From positions 5,483 through 69,482 of the forward strand of contig JBHNNM010000002.1 in NCBI GenBank assembly GCA_048563625.1: a stretch of DNA of 64,000 nucleotides. Direction: 5' to 3'. The stretch's first letter is position 1, and every line of letters starts with the position of its first letter. The position numbers were made by a program, and so were the translations under genes. Below the pieces are notes generated by a model. The model saw nothing but the letters and a program-made list of their open reading frames with translations. It searched no databases and was not told the origin of the DNA. Below, one piece after another: positions 27,821 through 36,012 of the stretch. Source of the stretch: Gammaproteobacteria bacterium. Its GTDB lineage: Bacteria; Pseudomonadota; Gammaproteobacteria; GRL18.

Positions 27821-29133
27821 TATTCGGCCCTCCGCATATCGAGATTGACCGAGCCGAGAACCGGTATTTCACCGCGCCCGAGTTCCACGTCCAATTGGGG
27901 CGTATAGAGATGAATATGACTGACTCCCCGAACACCATCGATCAAGGCAATGAGATCGGAAGAATGGATGGTCTGGCCGAAGTTCACCTGATCGAAGGCG
28001 AAGAAGTGCGCCAGGGCCGATTCGATTCGACTGCGCACATTTTCCAGAGCCTCGCCCGGCCAAGCATAGATTTCACAATCGATATGAATAGGCCGATAGA
28101 TCGGGTCAAACAGCTTCACCTCAACGGTGATCACCTTGCGACCCTCCAGATAGTCAGCCAGATCACGTTTGGCCTTGGCGACACCGGGATAGCCCTCGGC
28201 AAGCGCCTTGTAGTCCTGAAGCGTTACCGCCTTCCAGAGACTGCGCAGTTCGGCCGGGGCCTGATTGCGGGCATGCTGAATGGTCTCGCGGGATGAGCCG
28301 CCTGTAGCAGCCACCGGATTGGAGATGGTCAGCGGGATCTGGGCACCATCGTGGTACACGGCTGAAAGAAGCTGCGTGATGCGGCCCGGTCCGATATTGC
28401 CCTTGGCTCCGATGCTTTCGAGCCAGCTCACGGAAATGGTTTTCCCGGCAGCGGGAACCGCTCCGAATTGACCGTCACCAAAGAGAATGGAGGTAATATC
28501 CAATGCATCCGTGTCGGCCATAAAGTGAAGGCTGTCGCCGTCGCTTTCCTGAAAATGGCGGACCTCACTCCAGGCATCATCATTGATAAGAACACGGATG
28601 GTTGCCTGCGCGATGGATACACCGCTCAAGTGGAAACGCTGCCAAGGTTTTCCAGTGGCTTCCAGCTCCTCGGATTTGCGGATTCCCTGACGGGCGTGGA
28701 TATCGACGGAGAGTTCACCACGGGGAATAAAGGAATCATCCACGGTTTCAAAGTCGGCCTTGCCATCTTCAAGCAGTGCTCGGCACTGAGTTCCGGCCGG
28801 AATCGGCAGATCAAAATTGAGCGGAGCGGCCAGTGAAAAACGAATGGTGGTCGTGGAAGAGACCGGCGTATCCAGCTGATAGCCGATGAGCTTGCAGAGG
28901 TTGATCACGTTCTGGCGCTGGCGGGCTGTGGGCAGAAATGCCTCGGCAGCTTGCGCATCAAGGTAATAGGCCAGCATGTCACCGACACCACAGAACAGTT
29001 CCAGCAGAACGACTTCAAGGTCGGAGTGATTGAAATCAGTCCAGCGGTTTGTCAGCTGCGGCACTTTGGCCAGCAGTTCCTGCCGGATCGACTCATAATC
29101 CTTGTTGATATATTCAATCCTTGCGCGGCCCAT
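27820..29133 (-). CDS. Baseplate J-like protein (gp47/P2 gpJ family)
   Basis: MGRARIEYINKDYESIRQELLAKVPQLTNRWTDFNHSDLEVVLLELF is a typical Baseplate_J N-terminus. ATG 29133 has a GGAGG SD; the track start 29184 is a GTG inside the promoter-like motif. Confidence 0.8.
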   Translation of the reverse strand: MGRARIEYINKDYESIRQELLAKVPQLTNRWTDFNHSDLEVVLLELFCGVGDMLAYYLDAQAAEAFLPTARQRQNVINLCKLIGYQLDTPVSSTTTIRFSLAAPLNFDLPIPAGTQCRALLEDGKADFETVDDSFIPRGELSVDIHARQGIRKSEELEATGKPWQRFHLSGVSIAQATIRVLINDDAWSEVRHFQESDGDSLHFMADTDALDITSILFGDGQFGAVPAAGKTISVSWLESIGAKGNIGPGRITQLLSAVYHDGAQIPLTISNPVAATGGSSRETIQHARNQAPAELRSLWKAVTLQDYKALAEGYPGVAKAKRDLADYLEGRKVITVEVKLFDPIYRPIHIDCEIYAWPGEALENVRSRIESALAHFFAFDQVNFGQTIHSSDLIALIDGVRGVSHIHLYTPQLDVELGRGEIPVLGSVNLDMRRAE

Positions 29134-29190
29134 TGTGCCTCCGGTTCGTTCGTCGTTTTTAAAGCGGAGCGATAAACTCCGCACACGCCG

Positions 29191-29223
29191 ATTACTTACC
29201 GGAAGCAGTCTGGAAGTGTCGGA
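29191..29223 (-). promoter_or_regulatory. Conserved 33-bp motif, copy A (minus strand TCCGACAC-N10-CTTCCGGTAAGTAAT), upstream of the baseplate J gene
   Basis: The plus strand reads ATTACTTACCGGAAGCAGTCTGGAAGTGTCGGA. Lies between the gp25 stop and the gpJ SD. Confidence 0.55.
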
Positions 29224-29226
29224 GGT

Positions 29227-29640
29227 CTAAGGAAGTTCCCGGAAGAATGGGTAAACGAGGTTTCCTTCGACCTGAGTCTGGATGACCCGATAGGAAATGA
29301 TGACAGGCAGTTGATTGAGGTCTTTGTTGCGGGCGGAATCGTCGAATGACACGTCGGTAATGACCACCCGTTTTTCCCAGCGGCGAATCGCATCGATGAC
29401 ATGATGGCGGATGAGCCCTTTGAGCACTTCATCGTTCTGTTCGAACACAAGGTCTTTCAGCTTTGAGCCGAATTCCGGATTCATGAAGCGCTCCCCGGGC
29501 CGGGTTCCGAGGATCTGAATGATGCTTTCCCGGATATGTTCATCCTCCCGTGAGGTCGATGTCGATACTTCGGCTCCGCCGGATATGGATTGAAAATTCA
29601 AAGGGAATTTCAGCCCTGTACCGAGAAAATCGTAGTTCAT
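29227..29640 (-). CDS. Baseplate wedge protein, GPW/gp25 family
   Basis: 137 aa. IRESIIQILGTRPGERFMNPEFGSKLKDLVFEQND is the gp25/GPW signature. Confidence 0.85.
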   Translation of the reverse strand: MNYDFLGTGLKFPLNFQSISGGAEVSTSTSREDEHIRESIIQILGTRPGERFMNPEFGSKLKDLVFEQNDEVLKGLIRHHVIDAIRRWEKRVVITDVSFDDSARNKDLNQLPVIISYRVIQTQVEGNLVYPFFRELP

Positions 29641-30527
29641 TTGTCACGCTCCTCGCATTCAAGGTTGCAGAGTCCCTGACAGCCTGTGGAACCATCATTT
29701 GCACCCGAGCCGTCACCCGGGAAACGAACAATCAGACTTGTTCCGCTTTTCATGGAGAGATGAATGGTGCCGCCGCTCTCGATCAGGCCGCCATGCCCGC
29801 TCTCTTCACAGGAAAATCCTTTGGCTCCATCGGCCAGAATGCGAACGGTGATGGTTTCGCCGATACCTTCAATCCGGGTAATTCCAAGGATATCGATACT
29901 GCCGGAGGAATTGATGACGGACAGCGTTTTCAACTGCTGATCGAGCAGCAACCTGTATGGGGCAAGCTCGACGCTGAATCGGTGTTCGGTCAGTTGTTCC
30001 ATTTGGGCCGAGATCGGGAGCCCCTCGATTCCAGCCTGTTCTACTGTTGTTTCGATCCATTCGGGCACCAGTTCATAGATGCGGCCGGGACTGACCTCCA
30101 CGGAGGTTGCGGGGCCGGGTGTAATGAGATGCGGTTCGCCATCGACAATGACCGAAATGGTATGATCATCGTTGGTTTTGAGAATCATGCCGTCAGACAG
30201 GGTAAACAGACGATTGCCGTCCGGCAGGTCTTTCACTTGGCACCCTTCGGGAAGCGATACAAAGGGATAGAAATCCGGCGGTGGCTCGGTCGTGATCTGA
30301 TCCATATAATCCTGTGTGTTCTGAATGTGTGCTTCCAGCACCTCCTGTGCCTGCTGTTTCAATGCTTCCGATGCATTGTGGGAGGCTTCGATAATGGCCT
30401 TCATGCCTGCGATTTCAGTTTTGATCCCCGCAAGCTGCAGCGCCATGTCTTTGAGGATGAAATGGTTTTCACCGGAATCGGTCTGTTCAACCACGGCTCC
30501 GGCCTGAGGTTCTTCTATGGACATCAT
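29637..30527 (-). CDS. Hypothetical protein inserted between PAAR and the gp25 genes
   Basis: 296 aa. N-terminal coiled-coil-like segment, Cys-rich C-terminal tail (CQGLCNLEC). No family recognised. Confidence 0.5.
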   Translation of the reverse strand: MMSIEEPQAGAVVEQTDSGENHFILKDMALQLAGIKTEIAGMKAIIEASHNASEALKQQAQEVLEAHIQNTQDYMDQITTEPPPDFYPFVSLPEGCQVKDLPDGNRLFTLSDGMILKTNDDHTISVIVDGEPHLITPGPATSVEVSPGRIYELVPEWIETTVEQAGIEGLPISAQMEQLTEHRFSVELAPYRLLLDQQLKTLSVINSSGSIDILGITRIEGIGETITVRILADGAKGFSCEESGHGGLIESGGTIHLSMKSGTSLIVRFPGDGSGANDGSTGCQGLCNLECEERDK

Positions 30528-30537
30528 GAGCGTTCTC

Positions 30538-31554
30538 CTAAATTCCTACGCTGCCCGGATTCGACTCAAATTCCATCTGGTTGAGGGCGGTGATCGTTCC
30601 GGTGGTTCCGTTGATTTCAAATACATTCCAGACGGTGCCGGGCTGGTTGGGCACATTGAAGGTGTATTCCCGGCCGTCGTAATAAAATACTTTCACGGTC
30701 GCGCCCGAGCCCGCCAACCCCGTGCTGGTGATCGAGTTCCGGTTGGTGTAATCGTGAACACTGTAGCGATAGGTCCCGGCCACCAGCCGATGCATGGTGA
30801 TGGTCTCCGGCCCGTAAGATGAGGTCTCATCCACATCCAGCTCGCCACAATCCTGCACATAATCCGTCGAGTAATAGACATGAAATGTGCCACCACCCGG
30901 GCGGGGACCGCGCAGATGAGAATCAAGATCCCGGGGATTGAGTCCCCACTGCAGAACGATGCGAGCCACCTGTCCGTTGAGTTCCGGAGAGAGCACAATG
31001 TTCTGGCCGGAGCTTCCGGATTCGAGGACGTTCAGCAGTCCATGGGCATCGATATAGTTGGGCGTGCTCGCCTCGTAGACATAGAGTCCTTCAAACAGCT
31101 CCATTTCATACTGCCCGGATGCATCGGTGATCTGCTGCGCCACGATCGGGCCTTCCTCACTGCGCCGTATGGTTACCAACACGCCAGCAAGCGGCCGGGC
31201 ATTGAGAGCATCCACTACAGAGCCGACAAGATGAACACTGGTGCCCAGATCGAGCAGAAAATCGGGATGATTGGCGAACCACGAGGGATCACGGACCTCA
31301 ACATTCAAATGGCGCAGGCTCTGCCGGGCATCTGAGTTCAAAGCCATGATCATGGCGTTGCCAATCTGCATTCCACTGACCAGAAAGCCCTCGTCATCCA
31401 CATAGGCTACGGCCGGATTGGATGAAACAAACTGCGGGTTCAAACCACTGCCGCGCACAGAGAGCGGGATGCGCTGCTCGAAATAAGATAGAGATAACCG
31501 GACGCTCTGAGGGTAAATCTCCCAATAAGCCGGAATGTCGAGTTGCTCGGTCAT
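30538..31554 (-). CDS. Multi-domain beta-sandwich protein (Big_2-like N-domain, carboxypeptidase-regulatory-like middle, DUF2135-like C-domain)
   Basis: 338 aa. N-terminal ~90 aa are paralogous to ORF 31551..31898. C-terminal WGLNPRDLDSHL ... LDVDETSSYGPETI pattern. Confidence 0.5.
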   Translation of the reverse strand: MTEQLDIPAYWEIYPQSVRLSLSYFEQRIPLSVRGSGLNPQFVSSNPAVAYVDDEGFLVSGMQIGNAMIMALNSDARQSLRHLNVEVRDPSWFANHPDFLLDLGTSVHLVGSVVDALNARPLAGVLVTIRRSEEGPIVAQQITDASGQYEMELFEGLYVYEASTPNYIDAHGLLNVLESGSSGQNIVLSPELNGQVARIVLQWGLNPRDLDSHLRGPRPGGGTFHVYYSTDYVQDCGELDVDETSSYGPETITMHRLVAGTYRYSVHDYTNRNSITSTGLAGSGATVKVFYYDGREYTFNVPNQPGTVWNVFEINGTTGTITALNQMEFESNPGSVGI

Positions 31555-31898
31555 GAGGGCATTTCTCCTTCGTCCCAGCTGTCATCCCATTCTTCATCAT
31601 CTATTTCACCACCGCCTATTGGAGTGCCGTACACTTCAACCTGAACATGTCGAACGCTGAGGCGGTCATCCGAGCGCCAGATCATGACAATGGCAGCGCC
31701 GGGCTGCATACCGCAAATAACATTTCCCGTTTCATCCACTTCGGCGACATCGCTGTTGGACGATTCAAACACCGGCGATTCAACAGAGCCCCGAATGGAC
31801 AGCGGGATAGATTGCGGCAACTCGGAGGTCGAAACGCGGACCAGCTTTGGGAAAACGTCCCAGTATGGTTGTGTTGGTATGCTTGATTCTTCCGGCAT
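31551..31898 (-). CDS. Small Big_2-like domain protein, paralogue of the N-terminus of the next gene
   Basis: 115 aa. The alignable stretch IPLSIRGS...SSN..VA.VD..G.V..GMQ.G.A..M......R.S.RH..VEV is shared with ORF 30538..31554. Confidence 0.5.
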   Translation of the reverse strand: MPEESSIPTQPYWDVFPKLVRVSTSELPQSIPLSIRGSVESPVFESSNSDVAEVDETGNVICGMQPGAAIVMIWRSDDRLSVRHVQVEVYGTPIGGGEIDDEEWDDSWDEGEMPS

Positions 31899-31908
31899 GC
31901 AAGGCTCC

Positions 31909-32175
31909 TCAGTTGTCTATGGTGTTCGGGCTGCCCGCTACAATCACCGCACCGCAGGCGGTAATGTCGCCAATTCTGGCATTGGGGCTCCCTTCGGTAA
32001 TGGTGGTCATACTTCCGGTCACAATAGGTGTAACGCCGTGCCCGGGGATGGGACAGACGTGCAGGTCTCCCATGCGGGCCACTGGAATCCCGTTCACCAT
32101 GGTTCGAACGGCTGATGTGATGATTACACCGCCGTGACTGCTTACATCTCCGAGACGTGCCTGTGGTCCGCTCAT
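31909..32175 (-). CDS. PAAR-domain spike-tip protein
   Basis: MSGPQARLGDVSSHGG...VARMGDLHVCPIPGHG...ARIGDITACGAVIV are PAAR repeats. ATG 32175 forms an ATGA overlap with the upstream stop. Confidence 0.85.
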   Translation of the reverse strand: MSGPQARLGDVSSHGGVIITSAVRTMVNGIPVARMGDLHVCPIPGHGVTPIVTGSMTTITEGSPNARIGDITACGAVIVAGSPNTIDN

Positions 32176-32540
32176 GCTTTCAGCCTCAAGGTTAAATTGA
32201 TCAGATAGCCGATCAGCCCGCCGACAGCGGTGCCGATTCCCAGTGTCAGCCCAACAATTTTCCACATGGTCTCCGTACCCACCTTGCCGCTGACCCGGGT
32301 GTGAAGCCGGTCAATCTCCTCGGCGTGGCGGTGCAGGTCTGAATTGATGCCGCGAACCAGCACCTCGACGTTCTCCTTGTCGGATTTCTTTTCTATTTCC
32401 CGTTCGATCTTCTCCAGCCGATCCTGAATTTCACGGCGGTGGTTTTCCAGAATCCCTCGAAATTCCTTACGCCATGTGTCGAAGGTTCTGGCGAGCATCG
32501 CTTCGGATGCAGTCAGCCCGGGTTGTTTTGAATCACTCAT
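32172..32540 (-). CDS. Coiled-coil protein with C-terminal transmembrane helix (XhlA-like architecture)
   Basis: 122 aa. Heptad-rich N-terminal part, then MWKIVGLTLGIGTAVGGLIGYLINL. Assigned from architecture only. Confidence 0.4.
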   Translation of the reverse strand: MSDSKQPGLTASEAMLARTFDTWRKEFRGILENHRREIQDRLEKIEREIEKKSDKENVEVLVRGINSDLHRHAEEIDRLHTRVSGKVGTETMWKIVGLTLGIGTAVGGLIGYLINLTLRLKA

Positions 32541-32551
32541 ACAACGTTCCC

Positions 32552-33133
32552 TTATGTGTTAATCAATACTTGGTTTGTAGATTTGATGATGATGTTGCCA
32601 ACGACACCATCCATGAAAATGAGGCTTCCCGCCTTGTCGGTTGCGCTGATGCTTTCCGTTCCCGGTGCCGCGTTCATTCTGACCACCTGTCCGGCTTTGT
32701 CGGTCAGGCGGATCTGTTCAGCGCCCTTGGTGGAGTCGATCAGAATTTCCTGCGTGCCGTTGAGTCCCCAGATGTGGACCTTTTCCCGGTCTTTGGTGGT
32801 ATCAATCAGAATCTTCTGCCAACGGGAACGGCCCTTGTCGCAGGAGAGGATGTGAACCTTTTCCTTGTCCTGCCACGCCTCCAGCAGCACCTGCTGACGG
32901 CAGAGGTCAGTGAGTTGTACTCGGGCTTTCGATCCTACGATCTGTGAAGCAATATCGAGCTGGTCGCCTTTTTCGGCATCTTTGGTGCCGCGTCTGAGGG
33001 CGTTGCCGCTCTGCATTTCCGGTTTGACCTTGGCCTCCATGGTGAGGATCTGACCGGCCCGGTCGATCAGGCGCATCAGTTCATCGCCGTCACGATCATC
33101 GGCCAGAATGGTGTGTCCGGTTTCCGTCTTCAT
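32552..33133 (-). CDS. Spike protein (gp5/VgrG/gpV-like) beta-helix C-terminal part; in frame with 33158..33601 across a TAG
   Basis: 193 aa of repeated GH-x-I-x-x-D / DKAG-x-x-I-x-M type beta-helix segments (TGHTILADDRDGDELMRLIDRAGQ, RLTDKAGQVVRM, SATDKAGSLIFM). Confidence 0.75.
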   Translation of the reverse strand: MKTETGHTILADDRDGDELMRLIDRAGQILTMEAKVKPEMQSGNALRRGTKDAEKGDQLDIASQIVGSKARVQLTDLCRQQVLLEAWQDKEKVHILSCDKGRSRWQKILIDTTKDREKVHIWGLNGTQEILIDSTKGAEQIRLTDKAGQVVRMNAAPGTESISATDKAGSLIFMDGVVGNIIIKSTNQVLINT

Positions 33134-33157
33134 CAGGACCCTGAAACGCGGGCAGTA

Positions 33158-33601
33158 CTATTCCGGATGGCCGTGGTATTTCTGGTGTTCGAGATTGTCG
33201 TGGGGATTACTCTGGTGCTCCAGCTTGTCCTCGCAGTCATGGCAGAAGGCATTGCTGCAGGTGCGCTTGGATTCCTCCGGCTGTTCCCCGGGATTGCTCT
33301 TGGCCAGCCAGACTCCGGTCCAGATCGGATACTGAACAATGCCGCCTTCAAACTCGGCCCAGACCGAAGCGCCTTCTTCCGGCACGAGGAACATGCCGCA
33401 ATCTTCATTGCCGCCATACGGAAAACAGGGAGAAGCCCAGTCCGACCAGTTTTCATGGCCAGTACCCAAGACTGCGGGGATTTCGAGTCGAACCCTACCG
33501 AGCCGTTCCGGGTCGTTGTTGTCCTGGACAAAGGCCCGGTACTTGCCGTACCAGCGATTGCGATAGCGTTCTTCGGTCTGCTTGTCGGAAGTCTCAAGCA
33601 T
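33158..33601 (-). CDS. Spike protein (gp5/VgrG/gpV-like) N-terminal OB-fold part, terminated by TAG 33158-33160
   Basis: YGKYRAFVQDNNDPERLGRVRLEIPAVLG ... GMFLVPEEGASVWAEFEGG is the Phage_base_V/gp5 OB-fold pattern. I place the start at MLETSDK (33601). Confidence 0.75.
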   Translation of the reverse strand: MLETSDKQTEERYRNRWYGKYRAFVQDNNDPERLGRVRLEIPAVLGTGHENWSDWASPCFPYGGNEDCGMFLVPEEGASVWAEFEGGIVQYPIWTGVWLAKSNPGEQPEESKRTCSNAFCHDCEDKLEHQSNPHDNLEHQKYHGHPE

Positions 33602-34013
33602 GGCTGTTCTCCCTCCGACGGCTGTCATTCCAAGCTTTCCAGCCACCCACGCGGACGGCCCAATACATCAGTCGGCGTTTCCATGCAGGAACACCGAGCT
33701 TGGTCATCAGTTTGAGAAAGATGCGGTCGGCTTCTGCACGGGTCACGAGTCCGGTGTGATAGAGAAAGTCATGCACAACGGCAGCCGGTGAATAGCGTCC
33801 CCATGGAGGCACAATTCGCCAGAACAGGCGCGGCACCGAGACAAAGTCCGTTTCAAATCCGGCAGGCACAGTAATGGTGCGATTGCCAGCGATCCTGACC
33901 TTGTAGTCTTTGATCAGACGGGCACTGCGGCCATTGGGCAGCAGTTCAAACTGTAAAGGCCCGTTCAGCCCGATTCCCGAGCCGACAGTGACGGTCTTCT
34001 GAAACTCAGTCAT
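33594..34013 (-). CDS. DUF1353-like protein
   Basis: 139 aa. VPAGFETDFVSVPRLFW ... AAVVHDFLY matches the DUF1353 pattern. Confidence 0.6.
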   Translation of the reverse strand: MTEFQKTVTVGSGIGLNGPLQFELLPNGRSARLIKDYKVRIAGNRTITVPAGFETDFVSVPRLFWRIVPPWGRYSPAAVVHDFLYHTGLVTRAEADRIFLKLMTKLGVPAWKRRLMYWAVRVGGWKAWNDSRRRENSHA

Positions 34014-34383
34014 TGCGCCACCTCACTTTCCCGGTGGTCCGGACATCGAGATGGACCCATGACGGATAGATCCCGATGCCGCCTTGTTGAAAGGCCGGTA
34101 TAGCTTCCGCCGCCTTAGCCAGGTCTTCGGCTGTCATTCCATCCGGGCAGGCTACATCGGCAGCCATACCCAAGGTGTGAAAACTTTGGGTTGCTCCGCC
34201 AACAGACTCATTGTGCCGGTTGCAGCGAAAGCCGCTCGTGATGCTCAAGGGCAGGTTCAATTGATCGCGCAGAGCCTGAAGCGCAAAAATCAGTTCAGGA
34301 TGCACCGGAGCCGAATGCCCGCAGCAGTTGGTTCCTTTGCAGGCAAATTCTGACCGACTGAAGTTTTTACTCAGATCTCCCAT
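34006..34383 (-). CDS. Peptidase M15A (YcbK/DUF882-type D-Ala-D-Ala peptidase), probable cell-wall hydrolase
   Basis: 125 aa. FSRSEFACKG, SGFRCNRHNESVGG, SFHTLGMAADV, VHLDV zinc-ligand pattern. Confidence 0.75.
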   Translation of the reverse strand: MGDLSKNFSRSEFACKGTNCCGHSAPVHPELIFALQALRDQLNLPLSITSGFRCNRHNESVGGATQSFHTLGMAADVACPDGMTAEDLAKAAEAIPAFQQGGIGIYPSWVHLDVRTTGKVRWRND

Positions 34384-34391
34384 GGTTCCTC

Positions 34392-35657
34392 CTAAGAAAC
34401 AGCACCGGAATCCGCATCGATGGTCACCATGGCCGGTGGCTCATTCTGCGGGGTTGTCGGTGCTTCTTTATCGTTTGGTTTTCCCTTGCTCTGGGCGGAC
34501 TTGTCTCCGGCACCTTTGCCAAGGGCATTCTTTTTGAGCTTGATCTCACAGGAATAGCCAGATGAGCCGATGCTGTGGCGAACCGAGTGGCAGTAGTAAA
34601 TGCCGGAAAACTTCCGGCCCACACCTTTCACTTCGAGGTTCTTTTTGGCCCGCAGCGACGGAATGCCGATGGTGACGGCGGTGGCCTCGACCTGTTTTAG
34701 TTCGGCCTCTCTGAATTTGCCTTCGGCTGTATCCTGAGCAGGTTCCTGTGCCGGTTCTTCATGAAAGGCTTCGGAACGCTCATAAGCAGGAACGACCTGA
34801 CCGGTTTCCTGTTCTTTGAAACTGCCTTCACCCGTATTGCCATCCACCAGATAAGTCTGCTTGCCCAGCGAGGTCCGCTCGGGAGTCGTGGCATTGTTGG
34901 CTTTATGTTCCACCACATCCTTCTTGCGGGGATCGACCCCGACTGATTTGGTTTCGACCCCGGCGCCTTTGGCTCCCTGTGATTGGGTCGATGGCCTGAA
35001 AGAGCGCAGAACGCCTTTGCGGTCGGTGAAATATTCCAGCGTCAGCAGCGGAGCCTGTTCCAGTTCTCTTGGGTGAAAATGGAGCTCATCATCCTGAATG
35101 AAAAAGGAGTAGCCACTGACACCCTGACCATCCCGGTCACGGGCCTTGGTTGCCAGTTCTTTGAGAAAGACGGCATCGGACTGGTTGCTCTGGGTTACGC
35201 GAAGATGGTGCCCCTTGGTGGCCGTCACAACCGGTTTGAGGCCATTGCCCGAAGCAATCTGCTCGGCTATTTCGGAATAGAGAATGCCCGGCGCGGGTTT
35301 CTGCCAGACCTTCTGGTTTTCCTTTCCGGCCAGCTTGAAGCCTTTGTCGTAGGCTTTGATACGGATGGTGGGGTCGCCGTTTTCTGGAAAATCGTAATCG
35401 ATATCCTTGATGACGGCCTTCTTACGTGGAGAAAGATTGCCCACATAACCGAACCGGGCAATGATCTCGTTGCCTTCCTGAAAAAGCGGATCGTCCACAA
35501 ACTGCAGGTTGCGGTTGGTGATGGACAGCTCGAGAACATCCAGTTCCTCTTCATTGTCGGTGAAGACAAACGAAGTGATTTCCTGAGTGATATCCTTGGA
35601 GAGCGATTTGCCCTCTATCTGAATCAGAAATGTCGGTTTGAATGTATCGAGTTCCAT
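34392..35657 (-). CDS. Baseplate hub / late control gene D-like protein
   Basis: Phage_GPD-like layout (FLIQIEGKSL ... LELSITN ... GIYYCHSVRHSI). ATG 35657 has a GGAGA SD. Confidence 0.7.
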   Translation of the reverse strand: MELDTFKPTFLIQIEGKSLSKDITQEITSFVFTDNEEELDVLELSITNRNLQFVDDPLFQEGNEIIARFGYVGNLSPRKKAVIKDIDYDFPENGDPTIRIKAYDKGFKLAGKENQKVWQKPAPGILYSEIAEQIASGNGLKPVVTATKGHHLRVTQSNQSDAVFLKELATKARDRDGQGVSGYSFFIQDDELHFHPRELEQAPLLTLEYFTDRKGVLRSFRPSTQSQGAKGAGVETKSVGVDPRKKDVVEHKANNATTPERTSLGKQTYLVDGNTGEGSFKEQETGQVVPAYERSEAFHEEPAQEPAQDTAEGKFREAELKQVEATAVTIGIPSLRAKKNLEVKGVGRKFSGIYYCHSVRHSIGSSGYSCEIKLKKNALGKGAGDKSAQSKGKPNDKEAPTTPQNEPPAMVTIDADSGAVS

Positions 35658-35686
35658 GCACGTCTCCGGCTGTTCGCAGTTCACTG

Positions 35687-35719
35687 CTTACATACCGGAA
35701 GAGCCGTTGGAGTGTCGGA
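35687..35719 (-). promoter_or_regulatory. Conserved 33-bp motif, copy F, upstream of the hub gpD-like gene
   Basis: CTTACATACCGGAAGAGCCGTTGGAGTGTCGGA, 29 nt before ATG 35657. Confidence 0.55.
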
Positions 35720-35721
35720 GT

Positions 35722-36012
35722 TCAGTCAAGAATGTGCATACTGACGTGGTCCATGGAAGGGATGCGAAGCACCGTGCCCGGCGTCAGTTCAAGGGGAAAG
35801 AAGATGTCGTTGTAATCACAGATGAGCCACCAGAGCTTTGACTCTCCCAGATACCTGTGGGCCAGAAGATCCAGCCGGTCACCGTCGGTCACGGTATGAA
35901 AGCGGTCATCGAATCGCGGTGATGTATCGATCGGAAAACGCATGCCAAGGGAATCTCCATCACTGTCTCGATACCGGAGACATTTTGCGTATCTGGAATC
36001 CTTGTCGATCAT
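35722..36012 (-). CDS. Tail protein X-like (LysM-like)
   Basis: 96 aa. HTVTDGDRLDLLAHRYLGESKLWWLICDYN resembles gpX/LysM. Confidence 0.65.
   Translation of the reverse strand: MIDKDSRYAKCLRYRDSDGDSLGMRFPIDTSPRFDDRFHTVTDGDRLDLLAHRYLGESKLWWLICDYNDIFFPLELTPGTVLRIPSMDHVSMHILD

Noticed and set aside
29164-29182. Hairpin GCGGAG-N7-CTCCGC in the leader downstream of motif copy A as an attenuator or terminator
   Set aside because: The stem is only 6 bp and is followed by TTTAAAAA rather than a U-tract. It is not repeated at the other six motif copies.
29191-29223. Reading the 33-bp motif as a standard sigma70, sigma54 or sigma28 promoter
   Set aside because: CCGACA-N18-TAAGTA lacks the conserved final T of the -10 element. 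No GG-N10-GC (-24/-12) element is present. TCCGGTAA only partly resembles the sigma28 -10 GCCGATAA, and there is no TAAA -35. It is kept only as an activator-dependent promoter or RNA-signal candidate.
27820-29640. gp25-like and gpJ-like genes are in the same frame across TAG 29227
   Set aside because: The 14 intervening codons coincide with promoter-like motif copy A, and gpJ has its own GGAGG SD and ATG at 29133. Same-frame placement has a 1-in-3 chance, and gp25 and gpJ are normally separate proteins.
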